Assembly (NCBI GenBank): GCA_965637545.1
Contig: OZ281494.1
Span: forward strand, 17,856,001 to 17,920,000
DNA from: Phallusia mammillata
Lineage: Eukaryota
Length of the DNA stretch: 64,000 bases
Reading direction: 5' to 3'
Each line of letters begins with the position of its first letter. Position 1 is the first letter of the stretch. Of the stretch, positions 63,271 through 64,000 are shown in pieces. Position numbers and translations under genes: made by a program. Under the pieces are notes generated by a model, which did not search any database, had not been told where the DNA came from, and worked only from the letters and a program-made list of their open reading frames with translations.

Positions 63271-64000
63271 TTGAAGCGTTTTCCTTGTTTAGATCTAGCA
63301 AACTTTCACGACCATTTGTTTCTGTAGCAAGTCAATCAATGACCATTAACCGTTAATGGCCTCAGATGGTCATCGCGTGACAAGTGTATACCCTCGTATA
63401 TGCAACACCAAAAGCGAAGTTTTGTGTTAGTAAATGGCGCCCACTGTTGGCTGAAATTAAAGTATCCAGTCCGTAAAGTGAGTTTAACATTATCGCGCCA
63501 CAGACCACAAGACCACTTCTCAGCGTTGGTTTTGGGCTCAATTTACACTGCACAAATGCAAATACTTCTCTTGGCTGATTTATTTACAATTTTACGTTTT
63601 TCAAAATTCGTTTGAGTTTTGTTGTTGGGCAAAACTTCTGTTGCATATTGTTTATTTTACTCTTACTGTTTTCACAAACAAAAATTTTAGCGGGGTTTGA
63701 ACCAGGACGCTTCCTAGTATGAATCCGAACCAGGTTTTTATGTCTGTAAGTAATTTAAGCGCCGCAGAGCAGTGTTTTCCAAAGTAACGGTCGCATAAAA
63801 GTTTTGGGTCGCCTGTTTTTGCAACGAAGTTATTTACTATTTGACTTGCTCGTAGCCTTTATTCTTCCCAACTGTTGTTACTCGCTCGAAAAGTTGGGCC
63901 GAAATGGTGATTTTTATCGATCATATCCAAGCAATACAATCTCAATAGATTTTTTCAAAAGGGAATTGATAATTAGTTTGCGTGGATTTTAGAAATTCAT

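Overview
AT-rich, intron-containing animal genomic DNA. It is probably a tunicate; this is inferred from the compact introns, the gene content and an LDLa-only GPCR, and cannot be proven from the window. Four protein-coding genes were assembled by hand with GT-AG junctions that keep frame: (1) a 15-exon LDLa-repeat rhodopsin-type GPCR without LRRs (+, 4158-10930), followed by a decayed copy of its last exon; (2) KAT5/Tip60 (+, 15460-26749); (3) an RWD domain fused to a Ygr210-subfamily Obg GTPase with TGS (+, 43541-56525); (4) a single-LIM CRIP1-like gene (-, 57629-58921) that the ORF track misses. Many non-autonomous DNA transposons (hAT-type with 8-bp TSDs, one Mutator-type with a 9-bp TSD) and a TSD-flanked element with an internal tRNA-like gene are present. 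The most interesting signal is a convergent pair of TATA-driven, one-intron, polyadenylated transcription units at about 32.1-33.2 kb (+) and 41.2-42.5 kb (-). They share no long ORF but carry collinear homology blocks and a covarying stem-loop with a canonical kink-turn just upstream of the intron donor. All structures and gene models were derived by eye and are untested.
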